In this document: positions 22,287 through 31,761 of the stretch, in pieces
Layout: each line of letters starts with the position of its first letter
Position numbering within the stretch: the first letter of the stretch is position 1
Sequence record: NC_062581.1
Direction: 5' to 3' (one strand)
DNA: 64,000 nt
Translations under genes and position numbers: made by a program
Notes under the pieces: model-generated
Database searches by the model: none
What the model was told of the DNA's origin: nothing
Seen by the model: only the letters and a program-made list of their open reading frames with translations

Positions 22287-22709
22287 ATGACCGATGTATC
22301 TAAAATCAATGCTGCTTCGTACTCCGAGAAAAATGGTCTGGCTGACAAGATCACTCTGGCGGATACTGGTATCTACACTATCCCCGCTGATCTGGCACAA
22401 ACGCTGGTTCTTGATCCACTGAATGTATCTGCGGAAACATTCAAAAAGATTGAAAAGGGTTTCACCGAGCTGGCCGGTGGTGTTGTCTATACCGCTGGTA
22501 ATCTGGCTGTAGAGCATTTCAAAGCCAACCCAGAAGCTGTCGAGATTGGCTTTAACTATCAGCAAGGTTCTATGACTACCGTAAGTGGTCTGTTCAACCG
22601 TGATGCCAAAGACCATACTGTACTAGCATTTGAAACCAAGTACAAAACCGCTGACATGAAGCGTGTGTTGTCGTACTTGGGTGATGAAATCGCAAACATC
22701 AACTCGTAA
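22287..22709 (+). CDS. hypothetical early protein
   Basis: 140 aa directly after the promoter; strongly biased codons. Confidence 0.75.
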   Translation: MTDVSKINAASYSEKNGLADKITLADTGIYTIPADLAQTLVLDPLNVSAETFKKIEKGFTELAGGVVYTAGNLAVEHFKANPEAVEIGFNYQQGSMTTVSGLFNRDAKDHTVLAFETKYKTADMKRVLSYLGDEIANINS

Positions 22710-22718
22710 GGGTACACA

Positions 22719-23147
22719 GTGAAAAAACCAGATATCGTGGGCATGGAACGTGATAAAGCTTCCATGTATATTCAACGCATCTTGAAGCAGGAACAAAACG
22801 AACTCCCTTCTGGCTACGGTATCTGGTTCAACTGGTATAGTTATCCAGAACTTCGCCGAGGGTATTTGTCTCACCCAGTGATGTACAAACTAAACCCCTG
22901 GGGACCACCACCGCCAAAGCAAGAAACAATACGGCATGTCAAGATTGTTGGCCGCTTGCGTAAACGTGGAATTCTGGGTGTACGTGTTACTGGGCCGATC
23001 GAACTCAGTCCTTCAGCGATCAGGGTTCGTGAATATGAACGTACACGTAAAATCGAAGATGAACAACGCTTGATCGAAGAGTGGAAAAAACATCACATGC
23101 CCCAACACATTCAACGTTACGGGCTACCAGATAATCTGGACTTCTAA
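22719..23147 (+). CDS. hypothetical protein
   Basis: 142-aa ORF in operon. Confidence 0.65.
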   Translation: MKKPDIVGMERDKASMYIQRILKQEQNELPSGYGIWFNWYSYPELRRGYLSHPVMYKLNPWGPPPPKQETIRHVKIVGRLRKRGILGVRVTGPIELSPSAIRVREYERTRKIEDEQRLIEEWKKHHMPQHIQRYGLPDNLDF

Positions 23148-23317
23148 TGGTTCGGCAGGCAGTTGTCATGTTTGAAGCAACAAAAGATTTAATGAACGTT
23201 GATTGTCCCTATATCAGTCCCGAATATGAAGTAGCTATGAGTCTTTGGTATCGTGTGCGTAAGTCCACTACCCTTGTAGCTATCCGTGTTTCTAAAAAGG
23301 AAAACAAAGATGTCTGA
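23147..23317 (+). CDS. small hypothetical protein (not in ORF track)
   Basis: 56 aa MVRQAVVMFEATK...KENKDV; TAATG overlap with the upstream stop, overlaps the next start. Confidence 0.55.
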   Translation: MVRQAVVMFEATKDLMNVDCPYISPEYEVAMSLWYRVRKSTTLVAIRVSKKENKDV

Positions 23318-23555
23318 GTTCAAGAAAATGTTTGTACTGGTTGATGCCCATGGCGTTATCTTCAGCAACGGTGCAGAACTGTCGCAGCAATTTGCCGCTG
23401 AGCGTCTGTCCGTACGTGTAGAAAAAGGCAATCTGAAAAGCATCGTAGTTACTCACCGCAGCAAGCCCGCTGGCCGTGGTGACATTACTGGTTTTACCAT
23501 CACCGAAGAAACTGGCTATGCCAATGCTTTCGCCCCAGCAACTCAAGCGGCGTAA
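23310..23555 (+). CDS. hypothetical protein
   Basis: MSEFKK start after AAGGA. Confidence 0.65.
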   Translation: MSEFKKMFVLVDAHGVIFSNGAELSQQFAAERLSVRVEKGNLKSIVVTHRSKPAGRGDITGFTITEETGYANAFAPATQAA

Positions 23556-23919
23556 TCAACTGCTTGATATTCCGGATGTGTCTAAAAAGTATTTGCTAGG
23601 TGACTTACATAAAAAACAACGCATGCTGGATCGTCGTTCTCCTGGCATTGTAAAGATTTTTGTAAAGCACGTTGCACAGAAACTGTATGCTTGGGATGTT
23701 GTTATTAATGATAACAAATCCGAGTTTGATCCGATTGTATTAGAGGGACGTTTTCCTTTGACGCGGATCTACGGTAATGTGTACCACGCGTACTTTGATG
23801 TACCACGGGGTGATCAAGTAGAATTGATTGTTCATTGGAATGGTGGCCATGTAATGTTAGCATGCCCTGGTCGTCCATGGAATGTCTATTGTCAAGTAGG
23901 TAATGATGGCCCAGCGTAA
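23476..23919 (+). CDS. hypothetical protein (start uncertain, probably after 23555)
   Basis: Open frame filling an operon gap. Confidence 0.55.
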   Translation: MVTLLVLPSPKKLAMPMLSPQQLKRRNQLLDIPDVSKKYLLGDLHKKQRMLDRRSPGIVKIFVKHVAQKLYAWDVVINDNKSEFDPIVLEGRFPLTRIYGNVYHAYFDVPRGDQVELIVHWNGGHVMLACPGRPWNVYCQVGNDGPA

Positions 23920-24352
23920 ATGGAAAAAATTGGTTGAACGAACCAGTGAAGAAAAAGCAATGGCACGTGCTTTGGTTAAGCTGCGTGAGTATTTGCGCTC
24001 TCAGTCAAAAAGCACTACGGGTGTAGTTACCCGTAAGATCTCCGGTAATGGTCGTGAATTGCTGGTCGGGATTGCCAAAAGTGGTTCAATGACAGTAACT
24101 CTACAAATGGGTAAAAGCCATTACTACACTTCCATGAACACAGAACAAGAAGTTCATCTACAATACACTGTACCAATCCCAAAATGGGACCCGGACCAGG
24201 ATCAAATTGTGAACATCCTGAAATCTGCTTTCAAACGGTTCTACCCAGAGTACAATGTCAAAGCCAAAACAACTTCGGCAGCGACTATTGCAAAACGATT
24301 GATTCCTGAAGGCTATGCTTCTTCAATCAATACCGATTACTCAGGGCGTTAA
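23903..24352 (+). CDS. hypothetical basic protein
   Basis: 149-aa ORF overlapping the upstream stop. Confidence 0.65.
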   Translation: MMAQRKWKKLVERTSEEKAMARALVKLREYLRSQSKSTTGVVTRKISGNGRELLVGIAKSGSMTVTLQMGKSHYYTSMNTEQEVHLQYTVPIPKWDPDQDQIVNILKSAFKRFYPEYNVKAKTTSAATIAKRLIPEGYASSINTDYSGR

Positions 24353-24455
24353 TAAAGAAATACCTATTCTGTCAATAGAATAGGAACACTGCTGTAAAGT
24401 GAGGGTCCTTCGGGACCCAACACTCAATTCTTTTTTATACAAGAGGCTGTACTTA

Positions 24456-25532
24456 ATGACTCAAGATGTTCAATTCGTTGCTCCGTTTATTGTTCTGGAA
24501 GGTGACGAAGGTACCGGTAAAGGGACTGTTGCTCTGGAAGTAGTTGCAAAGCTGACTGCTAAAGGTATTCCATTTGTTCACACACGTGAACCAGGTGGTA
24601 CCGAAATGGGTGAAGTGCTGCGTCAACAACTGTTGATGAAACGTGAAGCCAAATTGGAACACGTTACACAGATCTTGCTGCATCAAGCTTATCGTAAAGA
24701 ACACGTTGAGAAAGTAATCAGTCCTGCTTTGCAAGCTGGTGTAGTTGTCCTGAGTGAGCGATTCTTCATGTCGACTCTGGCACTAAACATCATGCCTTAC
24801 TTGGACCCTACAGATCCACAGAGCGAAGGCAATCAGCTGTATCAACTTTTCATGGACACCATGCCTCACGTTGCATCGGGTGTTATTGAACCTATTACTT
24901 TCCTGCTAAACATTGACGACGAAGAAGTTCGTAAACAACGTTTGGTGGGTCGTGAACTTGATGCTTATGAATCCCGTTCCCCAGAAGAACTGGAAGGTAC
25001 TACTCAAGCGTACAAGATGTTCCAAAAGCATCCGACCACTATTACTCTGGACGCCACTCAGTCACCAAGTGATTTGGCTGACCGTATTGTTTCCCAGATT
25101 GAAGAACAAATCAAACTGGCTAAAGATCAAGCTCTGGAGTTTGCTGAGCAAGAAAGCAAACGTGAACAAGCGGTGCAAGTTGAAGAACAAGGGGTTAAAC
25201 TCCCAGAAGAACTTACGGCACTGGATGATGGTGTTAAAGCACCAGTAGTTGAAGAGAAGCCATTTGATCTGCAAGGTTCTGTAGAAGAATTCCTGGCTGA
25301 AAACCTGGTACCTGCTCTGTTCAACCACGATGCTGAACAAGTAGAAAAGTATCTGCCAACTGCACGATCTTATGTATTGTCTGTTTACAACCAGATTCAA
25401 GATCCAGGTTTGTTCTTGGGTCAGAACCGTGCTCAGCTGCGTACTAACATGCACAGCATTTTCCACTACGGTCACCAAATGGATCTGTTGCGTGAACGCA
25501 TTGCAACCACTCCCGCTGCTGAAACAGTATAA
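24456..25532 (+). CDS. tmk: thymidylate (dTMP) kinase with C-terminal extension
   Basis: FIVLEGDEGTGKGT P-loop, TREPGGT, ERFFMST; ATG 24456 after GAGG. Confidence 0.9.
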   Translation: MTQDVQFVAPFIVLEGDEGTGKGTVALEVVAKLTAKGIPFVHTREPGGTEMGEVLRQQLLMKREAKLEHVTQILLHQAYRKEHVEKVISPALQAGVVVLSERFFMSTLALNIMPYLDPTDPQSEGNQLYQLFMDTMPHVASGVIEPITFLLNIDDEEVRKQRLVGRELDAYESRSPEELEGTTQAYKMFQKHPTTITLDATQSPSDLADRIVSQIEEQIKLAKDQALEFAEQESKREQAVQVEEQGVKLPEELTALDDGVKAPVVEEKPFDLQGSVEEFLAENLVPALFNHDAEQVEKYLPTARSYVLSVYNQIQDPGLFLGQNRAQLRTNMHSIFHYGHQMDLLRERIATTPAAETV

Positions 25533-25544
25533 CAAGGAACACAA

Positions 25545-25778
25545 ATGCAAGTGAGTAATAAACCTTCATCTACCCCAGTCAGTGAATTGGGTGAACTAGA
25601 CGATTACATTGGTCGAAGTTTCTTGATCAAACGAAATAATCAAGTCACGTGTGTTAAACTTGAAAAGGTTAAACGCCGTGTTGTGTACTTAACTCATCCA
25701 GGTCGTGATGATGGGTTTACTGTACCAATTGAAAAGTTTCGGGAATATTACCACTTGCTTCCTAGCAGTAAGGTTTAA
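25545..25778 (+). CDS. hypothetical protein
   Basis: 77 aa, AAGGA SD. Confidence 0.6.
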   Translation: MQVSNKPSSTPVSELGELDDYIGRSFLIKRNNQVTCVKLEKVKRRVVYLTHPGRDDGFTVPIEKFREYYHLLPSSKV

Positions 25779-25782
25779 TAAG

Positions 25783-25808
25783 AGCCTCCCTTTTGGGGAG
25801 GCTTTATT
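25783..25808 (+). terminator. intrinsic terminator
   Basis: AGCCTCCC-TTTTG-GGGAGGCT-TTATT. Confidence 0.7.
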
Positions 25809-25824
25809 CCGTAAGGATTAGAAA

Positions 25825-26064
25825 ATGGCAACGCGTGAATTTAAGAAAGATGAATGGTTAGTTGAAAAACAGCATACTTACCAAGTTCTTGTAGTGACTA
25901 AAGACTTCGTAACTATTCAATCTTGTTACGCTATGGCGGCTGCATGGTTACAATGGTTTCAAGATAATGGCTGGGAATTGGCAGCCCCTTCAATTGAAGT
26001 GCCACCAGCTTACCGTGACTGGGACCGCATGTATATCACTACCTTCAGAAGAATTCCATTCTAG
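25825..26064 (+). CDS. hypothetical protein
   Basis: 79 aa, AAGGA SD. Confidence 0.6.
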   Translation: MATREFKKDEWLVEKQHTYQVLVVTKDFVTIQSCYAMAAAWLQWFQDNGWELAAPSIEVPPAYRDWDRMYITTFRRIPF

Positions 26065-26073
26065 GAAATAATA

Positions 26074-26517
26074 ATGCCTCTTACACGAAATAGTAACGAG
26101 CAGAAAATTGCAGACATTCTATTCAGTATTGAACAGTATCTGGCAGATAAAGAAGATATAGTCTACAGTACCACATCTGAAGGGTTTTTGTTTCAATCAC
26201 CAAATGGCCATAATCGTTGTGTTTTGGCACGAGAAAAAACAGTACATGGTTGCTGGAGATTGGAATGTGACAATGTCACTGAAGACTGGACTCGTACTGT
26301 ATTAGCAATTCTTCCCGACAATGAAGCCATTCATGTTTTACCTGAAATGATTCGTCGTTGGTGTCACGGCACAGGGGCACTGTTTAACGTAAGACCAAAT
26401 GGTAACATTCCTGCTTATCAAGCATGTCGTACCAACGGCAAAAATCATCGTCTTCCTTTAGGTGTAGACTACAACGAATACACCACTATAAAAACTGACC
26501 GGCCTAAGGAAAATTAA
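26074..26517 (+). CDS. hypothetical protein
   Basis: 147 aa in operon. Confidence 0.65.
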   Translation: MPLTRNSNEQKIADILFSIEQYLADKEDIVYSTTSEGFLFQSPNGHNRCVLAREKTVHGCWRLECDNVTEDWTRTVLAILPDNEAIHVLPEMIRRWCHGTGALFNVRPNGNIPAYQACRTNGKNHRLPLGVDYNEYTTIKTDRPKEN

Positions 26518-27191
26518 TGAAGTACCTAACACTGTTTTTCATTATGTTATTTGCTTCAATTACCCAGGCAGCAGAACCTTTGCGTTGGGTAGGGGTACCT
26601 GTTTTCTATTCCAAATTTATTCCTAAAGTAGCTCAATGTGAATATACCACAGAAGCCCGATATGGTTTTTGTGGTTGGGCATTGTATCCTGAGGAAGGAG
26701 AACTTGGAGTAACGTCATTTGATGGTCAAATAAAAGAAGCATTCCTAGTTCGGTTTTATGATGAAATCACATGCGTAAAGGGCACATGTAAATCTAATTA
26801 CGGTGAACCCCGTGGCCAGTCTAGTAACCTAACAACGTCGTATTGGTATATCCCAAAAGGATTCTATCTTACTGAACTAAATGGAATTGCCACTGCTGTT
26901 AAATATGGCAATGGTCCCCAAGCCAGTAAGTACCCTATTCGGGCGGTTAAGATCTTGCCTGAGTACAATGATTATCCAGATGGTCAGTATGTGCCAGAAG
27001 AATCAGAACGTCTCTTATATGACGTCTGGTGCAATGACGGAAACATGTGTAGTTACATGGGTCGTGAACTAACCTTTAACGACTTGCGTAAGTACATACC
27101 AGCACGTTTAACTACACGTTGCAATAATCAGTTTTGTTATAATGAACAAAATCGAGTAGCTGGAATCAATCCAAAGTCATTAATCCCTTAA
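26517..27191 (+). CDS. predicted secreted/periplasmic Cys-rich protein
   Basis: Sec-type signal MKYLTLFFIMLFASITQA-A; 8 Cys. Confidence 0.7.
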   Translation: MKYLTLFFIMLFASITQAAEPLRWVGVPVFYSKFIPKVAQCEYTTEARYGFCGWALYPEEGELGVTSFDGQIKEAFLVRFYDEITCVKGTCKSNYGEPRGQSSNLTTSYWYIPKGFYLTELNGIATAVKYGNGPQASKYPIRAVKILPEYNDYPDGQYVPEESERLLYDVWCNDGNMCSYMGRELTFNDLRKYIPARLTTRCNNQFCYNEQNRVAGINPKSLIP

Positions 27192-27203
27192 GACAAACAT
27201 AAC

Positions 27204-27223
27204 GGCTCTCCCAAAGGAGAGCC
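27204..27223. terminator. hairpin terminator
   Basis: GGCTCTCC-CAAA-GGAGAGCC. Confidence 0.65.
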
Positions 27224-27262
27224 TTGTGCCATATTTTCTTTTATTTAAAAGTTTTATAACAC

Positions 27263-27270
27263 TATATTAC
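27263..27270 (+). promoter_or_regulatory. early promoter core TATATTAC
   Basis: Intergenic, 36 nt upstream of ATG 27306. Confidence 0.65.
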
Positions 27271-27305
27271 TTTTTTGACAATGCAGTCAAAATTAGGAGC
27301 TTTAT

Positions 27306-27689
27306 ATGTCTTTTGTTAAAATTAGTTTGGCGTTGGTTGTAGGCGTTATTGGTGGTGTTGCTGGCGGCATTGCAATAAAAAGTATTCATGATCTTGAAAA
27401 AGACCAAGTGGCTAAAAGCCATGCTAGATATCAAGAACAAGAAATTATTAACCTGTTGAACGCACGCTACCGTTCAATGGTGGAGTATTCTTTGGCAGAG
27501 CTTACCGCAGATTGGGCACGTGCAACCGAGGATAAAGAAAGATTGTGGGAGCATGGTATTTCCGCCGTAGTTTACGGTAAATGTTTTGCCGAGCTGCAAG
27601 ATTCACATTACTCTTTTCATGTTAAAGGGGTGGTTTCAAGAGAACTGGACAAATTGTTTGAAGAGTACAAAGTTTGCAAATTGGTGTAA
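27306..27689 (+). CDS. membrane-anchored hypothetical protein
   Basis: N-terminal hydrophobic Gly-rich helix ISLALVVGVIGGVAGGIAI. Confidence 0.65.
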   Translation: MSFVKISLALVVGVIGGVAGGIAIKSIHDLEKDQVAKSHARYQEQEIINLLNARYRSMVEYSLAELTADWARATEDKERLWEHGISAVVYGKCFAELQDSHYSFHVKGVVSRELDKLFEEYKVCKLV

Positions 27690-27698
27690 TGTAATAAT

Positions 27699-27720
27699 GG
27701 CCTACCCTTTGGGGTAGGCT
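27699..27720. terminator. hairpin terminator
   Basis: GCCTACCC-TTTG-GGGTAGGC. Confidence 0.65.
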
Positions 27721-27780
27721 AAACATTATTTTTTTTTTGTTCAATCCCATGTGTTATAAAAAGCCCCATTAGGAGGGGAC

Positions 27781-28263
27781 ATGGTAATCACGCATAATAC
27801 CATCACAGAGATCAATGAGCAAACACTCAGGGGTCTTCCTATCGGGTATTACGGAAAAGAAGATGATCTATCTGACGTTCCGAGGATGCTGGGCGATTGG
27901 AACATTCGCACAATCAGTGACAGTAGGTGCCCTGGTACCGGTTACATCGTTGCTGTACCATCAAACGCTAGGACTCGTTTAGTCTACATGGAAGGCCGAC
28001 TTACTTGGTTGAAGGCTCTTGGGTTCTCTCAAGAACAAGCTCTTAAGTATTATCGTGCTGGTATGACGGTGAGTCGTAAGTGGGATCACGAGGTGGCATT
28101 GTTTGTTTTAAACAATATCAAAATGGATGAATTTGTTTTAGATGTAATGTTAGCTAGCCACAACCCTAAAAAGGTTGGGGAAAAGTACGACATCTATACA
28201 CGAAGTACTCGTGGGAAAGTGTTAGCAGGATGTCAAATACTAAAGAACATGCTAACCTATTAA
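27781..28263 (+). CDS. hypothetical protein
   Basis: 160 aa, AGGAGG SD. Confidence 0.7.
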   Translation: MVITHNTITEINEQTLRGLPIGYYGKEDDLSDVPRMLGDWNIRTISDSRCPGTGYIVAVPSNARTRLVYMEGRLTWLKALGFSQEQALKYYRAGMTVSRKWDHEVALFVLNNIKMDEFVLDVMLASHNPKKVGEKYDIYTRSTRGKVLAGCQILKNMLTY

Positions 28264-28266
28264 AAT

Positions 28267-28292
28267 AGCCTCCCTTTGGGGAGGCTTTATTT
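28267..28292 (+). terminator. intrinsic terminator
   Basis: AGCCTCCC-TTTG-GGGAGGCT-TTATTTT. Confidence 0.7.
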
Positions 28293-28336
28293 TGCCTTTA
28301 TTACTATGTTTAATTATCCAAGCGAGTATTTCACCC

Positions 28337-28771
28337 ATGGCTCTGTTTTTTATTGATTGCGAATTTGAAGACTCAACCCGTACACTCATCTCACTGGGTA
28401 TTGTGAGTGAAGATGGGCAACGCGAGTTCTATGAAGTCCTACCATTTTCCAATGTACGCGAACAATGGGTGCTCGACAATGTTGTACCTATTCTAAAGAA
28501 AGCTCCCATCACATTTGAAGCATTCCAAGCTAAGCTTACTGCATTTGTAAGTCAGTTCCCTGGTATGACTATCATAGCAGATCACATTAACGACATAGCT
28601 TACTTTAGTCGTGCCTTAGATAAAGGTATGGGTAAATGGGTTATGATTCAACCGTTGACCATGATTGTAGATGATGAGCTCTCCGCTAAGAAATCTGTAG
28701 TTTTACACAACGCCCTTTCCGACGCTCGTGCAATTCGCGATAGTTTTCTTAAGAAAGAAGGGTTGACCTAA
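28337..28771 (+). CDS. DEDDh 3'-5' exonuclease (Rv2179c/RNase AS-like)
   Basis: FFIDCEF (ExoI), LISLGIVSEDG..EFY, HNALSDARAIRD (ExoIII). Confidence 0.82.
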   Translation: MALFFIDCEFEDSTRTLISLGIVSEDGQREFYEVLPFSNVREQWVLDNVVPILKKAPITFEAFQAKLTAFVSQFPGMTIIADHINDIAYFSRALDKGMGKWVMIQPLTMIVDDELSAKKSVVLHNALSDARAIRDSFLKKEGLT

Positions 28772-28791
28772 TACCTATATGGAACCTCCTC

Positions 28792-29445
28792 ATGTCAAAG
28801 AATTATAATCGGATGACGTCACGCCCTAACCGAAAGAATCGTCCAGAAACGCTTCTGCGGTTGCTCATGTCTACGTCTTATCCCCATTCGTCACTTGCTG
28901 ATCTGATGTTTGCATTCTCTGATCATTCTGGGCCTAAGGACCAAGAAGAACTTGATGCAATTGCTGATGAGATGACTGCAGTTGAACGTCAATTTGGGAT
29001 GACTGATTTTATTCGTACGATCGAAGTACTGCGTAATAAAGATCAGGTGACAATTGTTATCCGCACTTTGGATTTTGATCCTAGTGTCCGTGAGATTGTA
29101 GACAACAATCAAACCCACGTTGAACTTGCACGGATTGCATTTCATTTACCTGCAGAAAATACACAACTTACTGACCTTGATAATTTAGCCGCAATGCTTG
29201 TTAACATGTTCCGTAAAGCACAGCAAGATAATATTCGAGCTGATCGTGTATGGCGACTACGCCAACGTCCTACCACTAAAGGCAATGCAAAGTTAGGTAA
29301 CGCTGATGTTCCTGCTGTCGAGGAACTGATTGATACCAATACTGTTATTGCTTTACTAACTGCTTCGTTAAGTAAACAAAGATTCCATGTTGTGCTAACC
29401 CATAACACCATTCTTTTGTTTGATCAACAACGCAGCTTGAAATGA
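28792..29445 (+). CDS. hypothetical protein
   Basis: 217-aa ORF. Confidence 0.65.
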   Translation: MSKNYNRMTSRPNRKNRPETLLRLLMSTSYPHSSLADLMFAFSDHSGPKDQEELDAIADEMTAVERQFGMTDFIRTIEVLRNKDQVTIVIRTLDFDPSVREIVDNNQTHVELARIAFHLPAENTQLTDLDNLAAMLVNMFRKAQQDNIRADRVWRLRQRPTTKGNAKLGNADVPAVEELIDTNTVIALLTASLSKQRFHVVLTHNTILLFDQQRSLK

Positions 29446-29452
29446 CATAAAC

Positions 29453-29473
29453 GCCTCTCCCTTAGGGAGAGGC
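29453..29473. terminator. bidirectional terminator
   Basis: GCCTCTCC-CTTAG-GGAGAGGC between convergent genes. Confidence 0.7.
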
Positions 29474-29484
29474 AATATGCCGTA

Positions 29485-29919
29485 TTAACCCACCAATGTT
29501 AAACCTGTAGTCATTAATCGGTGGAAGTCACCATACTTATCAACTATCCAAACTCTTCCGCCCCAGGGGCTGTAATATGTCCTGAGTCGTTTAACATAGA
29601 CCGGATATAATTCCGGATGAGATGTCCAGGTATCATTAGCGACACTGTAACTTTCTGCAGTTTGTAATAATACATTAATCAACAATGTCCCAGCACCAAC
29701 AGGATTTGCTTTTATAGCCGCCTTAGCTTGAGAAACTTCGTTGGGTGTAGTTGCAATCTGCCAAATAGGAATAGCCAATTCAGGTGTAAAAGAAAACACA
29801 CCGTCTGAATTGTCGTATACCAAAACCTGATCTTTGTTACCAGATGTTTTAGCAAACAGCGCAATGATCTTATCTAAGTATCGTTTAATGTTAGTAAGCA
29901 TTGAAGCTTGAGTAGCCAT
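29485..29919 (-). CDS. putative virion/fibre-associated protein (paralogue family)
   Basis: Shares N- and C-terminal patterns with the two adjacent - strand ORFs. Confidence 0.55.
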   Translation of the reverse strand: MATQASMLTNIKRYLDKIIALFAKTSGNKDQVLVYDNSDGVFSFTPELAIPIWQIATTPNEVSQAKAAIKANPVGAGTLLINVLLQTAESYSVANDTWTSHPELYPVYVKRLRTYYSPWGGRVWIVDKYGDFHRLMTTGLTLVG

Positions 29920-29929
29920 GTTACGTACC

Positions 29930-30328
29930 TCATGTAGTAGGGGTAGTTGTATCGACTAAATAGAACTTTCCCGACTCAGCAAAGTAATAAACTTTGCCAT
30001 TGTTTCGACCCAGTACTAAACAATTATTACGTAAGAAAGAACGATTACCTGTGTATGGGCTAGACACCCATGACCCTGAACTTTTTGTCCAGTTGGTGCT
30101 GTCTCTTACATCAAGGTAATCAACTGGTGCACCTGCCTGCAAAGCTGTTGCTTCTGCCGCACTTGTGGCCAGGTTAAAAATAGCCATAGGCATACCTGGA
30201 TAAAACGTCATCCCTTTAGAATTGTTAGTTGAAATAAAGGCAGATGAATTTTTAGGTACGCCTGTAATTAAATCAGTAATCCTTTTTAATGTGGTAAAAA
30301 TACTGGCAGTGAATTCATCAAATGTCAT
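29930..30328 (-). CDS. putative virion/fibre-associated protein (paralogue family)
   Basis: 132 aa, same layout as 29485-29919. Confidence 0.55.
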   Translation of the reverse strand: MTFDEFTASIFTTLKRITDLITGVPKNSSAFISTNNSKGMTFYPGMPMAIFNLATSAAEATALQAGAPVDYLDVRDSTNWTKSSGSWVSSPYTGNRSFLRNNCLVLGRNNGKVYYFAESGKFYLVDTTTPTT

Positions 30329-30330
30329 AA

Positions 30331-31389
30331 CTACAACCTGTATAAACGTAGGGCGGAATCCATGTAATAGTATTTACCCGTAGTAACATTGAAATGGAGC
30401 CATTCTTTTGCTAACCAACCTTCAGCAACTATTTCTGCTTTAGTACTGGTTACCTTAGTCCATGTTCCAGAGGCGTCTACCCATTTACTCCAATCACGAA
30501 TATCAATAATGGGTTCACGTCGTTCGGGCCTTTGAAATACTTTCCAGGTTGCTAATCCCTGTGACATTGCGGTATAGCCAAAAGACTGAGGTCCACGGAA
30601 TACGGCTAAGTTAGGATCGGTACTAAGATCAATAATGGTTTTAGCCGGTTCAAAGTAAACGGTACTACCCATCTGGGTTGTTTCAATTGTAAGGATATCC
30701 CCTTTACGGGTAACTTTTACACGACACCCATTTGGTTGCAATGACCAACCTCCATGTCCACCATTCAAACCAGCCCCAGTTGCAACTGTACCGTCCATCC
30801 AAGTAAGTCCATTTAGAACCGTAGCAACACGATAACGACTGTCGGCAAAATTAAAATAATCTACATCTATAGTCATAGGTGCAGCACCGTTACCGCCACG
30901 CATTACAGATAACGTGTGCGTTAAACCAGTTGCTTTATCTAACGCGTAAGCTACAATAACACCCGCAAAATCGTCATCTCCATCTGTAGATGAAATTTGT
31001 ACTTCAAATACGTAGTCATCAAATTTTTCAGGAGAAACAAAACCCATTACAGAAACTGAGTTTATTGTAGATTTGATAGAATCAGATGGTTGGTCGTATG
31101 TCCATGCATTTAATTCATCGGTATTAAAAGAATCGGTAGTGGGGTCATCCCCACGACTTATTCTTTTCCACCACTTAAATACATTCTGAAAGTTTTCTGC
31201 TACACCTTTTTGTGTTTCCAGTTCATCTGTAGTTTCAACAATAGATGCTGGTTTGGTACTGGCTCGCCCTGTAAACTTACCTTCCGGTGTAGTAACAAGA
31301 ATTGTGTTCTGTAAATTCTCTGGAACAACAAAACTGGCGGCCACATCATCGGTGAATTCATCAACGCCTGAAATAAGGGTATCAATCAT
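30331..31389 (-). CDS. putative virion protein with inserted L-type lectin / thrombospondin-C-like domain
   Basis: DYVFEVQISSTDGDDDFAGVIVAY resembles TSP-C DDDYAGFVFGY; termini match the neighbouring paralogues. Confidence 0.55.
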   Translation of the reverse strand: MIDTLISGVDEFTDDVAASFVVPENLQNTILVTTPEGKFTGRASTKPASIVETTDELETQKGVAENFQNVFKWWKRISRGDDPTTDSFNTDELNAWTYDQPSDSIKSTINSVSVMGFVSPEKFDDYVFEVQISSTDGDDDFAGVIVAYALDKATGLTHTLSVMRGGNGAAPMTIDVDYFNFADSRYRVATVLNGLTWMDGTVATGAGLNGGHGGWSLQPNGCRVKVTRKGDILTIETTQMGSTVYFEPAKTIIDLSTDPNLAVFRGPQSFGYTAMSQGLATWKVFQRPERREPIIDIRDWSKWVDASGTWTKVTSTKAEIVAEGWLAKEWLHFNVTTGKYYYMDSALRLYRL

Positions 31390-31392
31390 AAT

Positions 31393-31755
31393 TTAAACCC
31401 TTTTATTAGGATGTTCAATACGCACCAGTAGTTTTAATGGTCCAGTGTGAAAGTTGTGTAATGTAACAACCCCAGCAGCGGTAATGCCAATAACTACGTA
31501 TGCCTCTGAGTTAATCCATGAATTTAAAGTAACCGAGCCAGCAACCGTGTCTTGGATTAATGCAGTAATGCGGGTAGAACGATAATCGTAATTAACCCCT
31601 GCAGCGCCTAACAGTGTTGCCAAGTTGTATGTCTTTGTACTATTTTCAGCTACTGTAATTTCTTCATATACCACTGGTCGAGTAACTGCTTCAACACGAG
31701 TAAAATAACTAGTGATGTAAGAAAGCATTGCTGTAAGTGTCATGTGTAACTCCAA
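31393..31755 (-). CDS. putative virion structural protein
   Basis: 120 aa, Thr/Val-rich, beta-type, within the cassette. Confidence 0.5.
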   Translation of the reverse strand: MELHMTLTAMLSYITSYFTRVEAVTRPVVYEEITVAENSTKTYNLATLLGAAGVNYDYRSTRITALIQDTVAGSVTLNSWINSEAYVVIGITAAGVVTLHNFHTGPLKLLVRIEHPNKRV

Positions 31756-31761
31756 TTGGAT

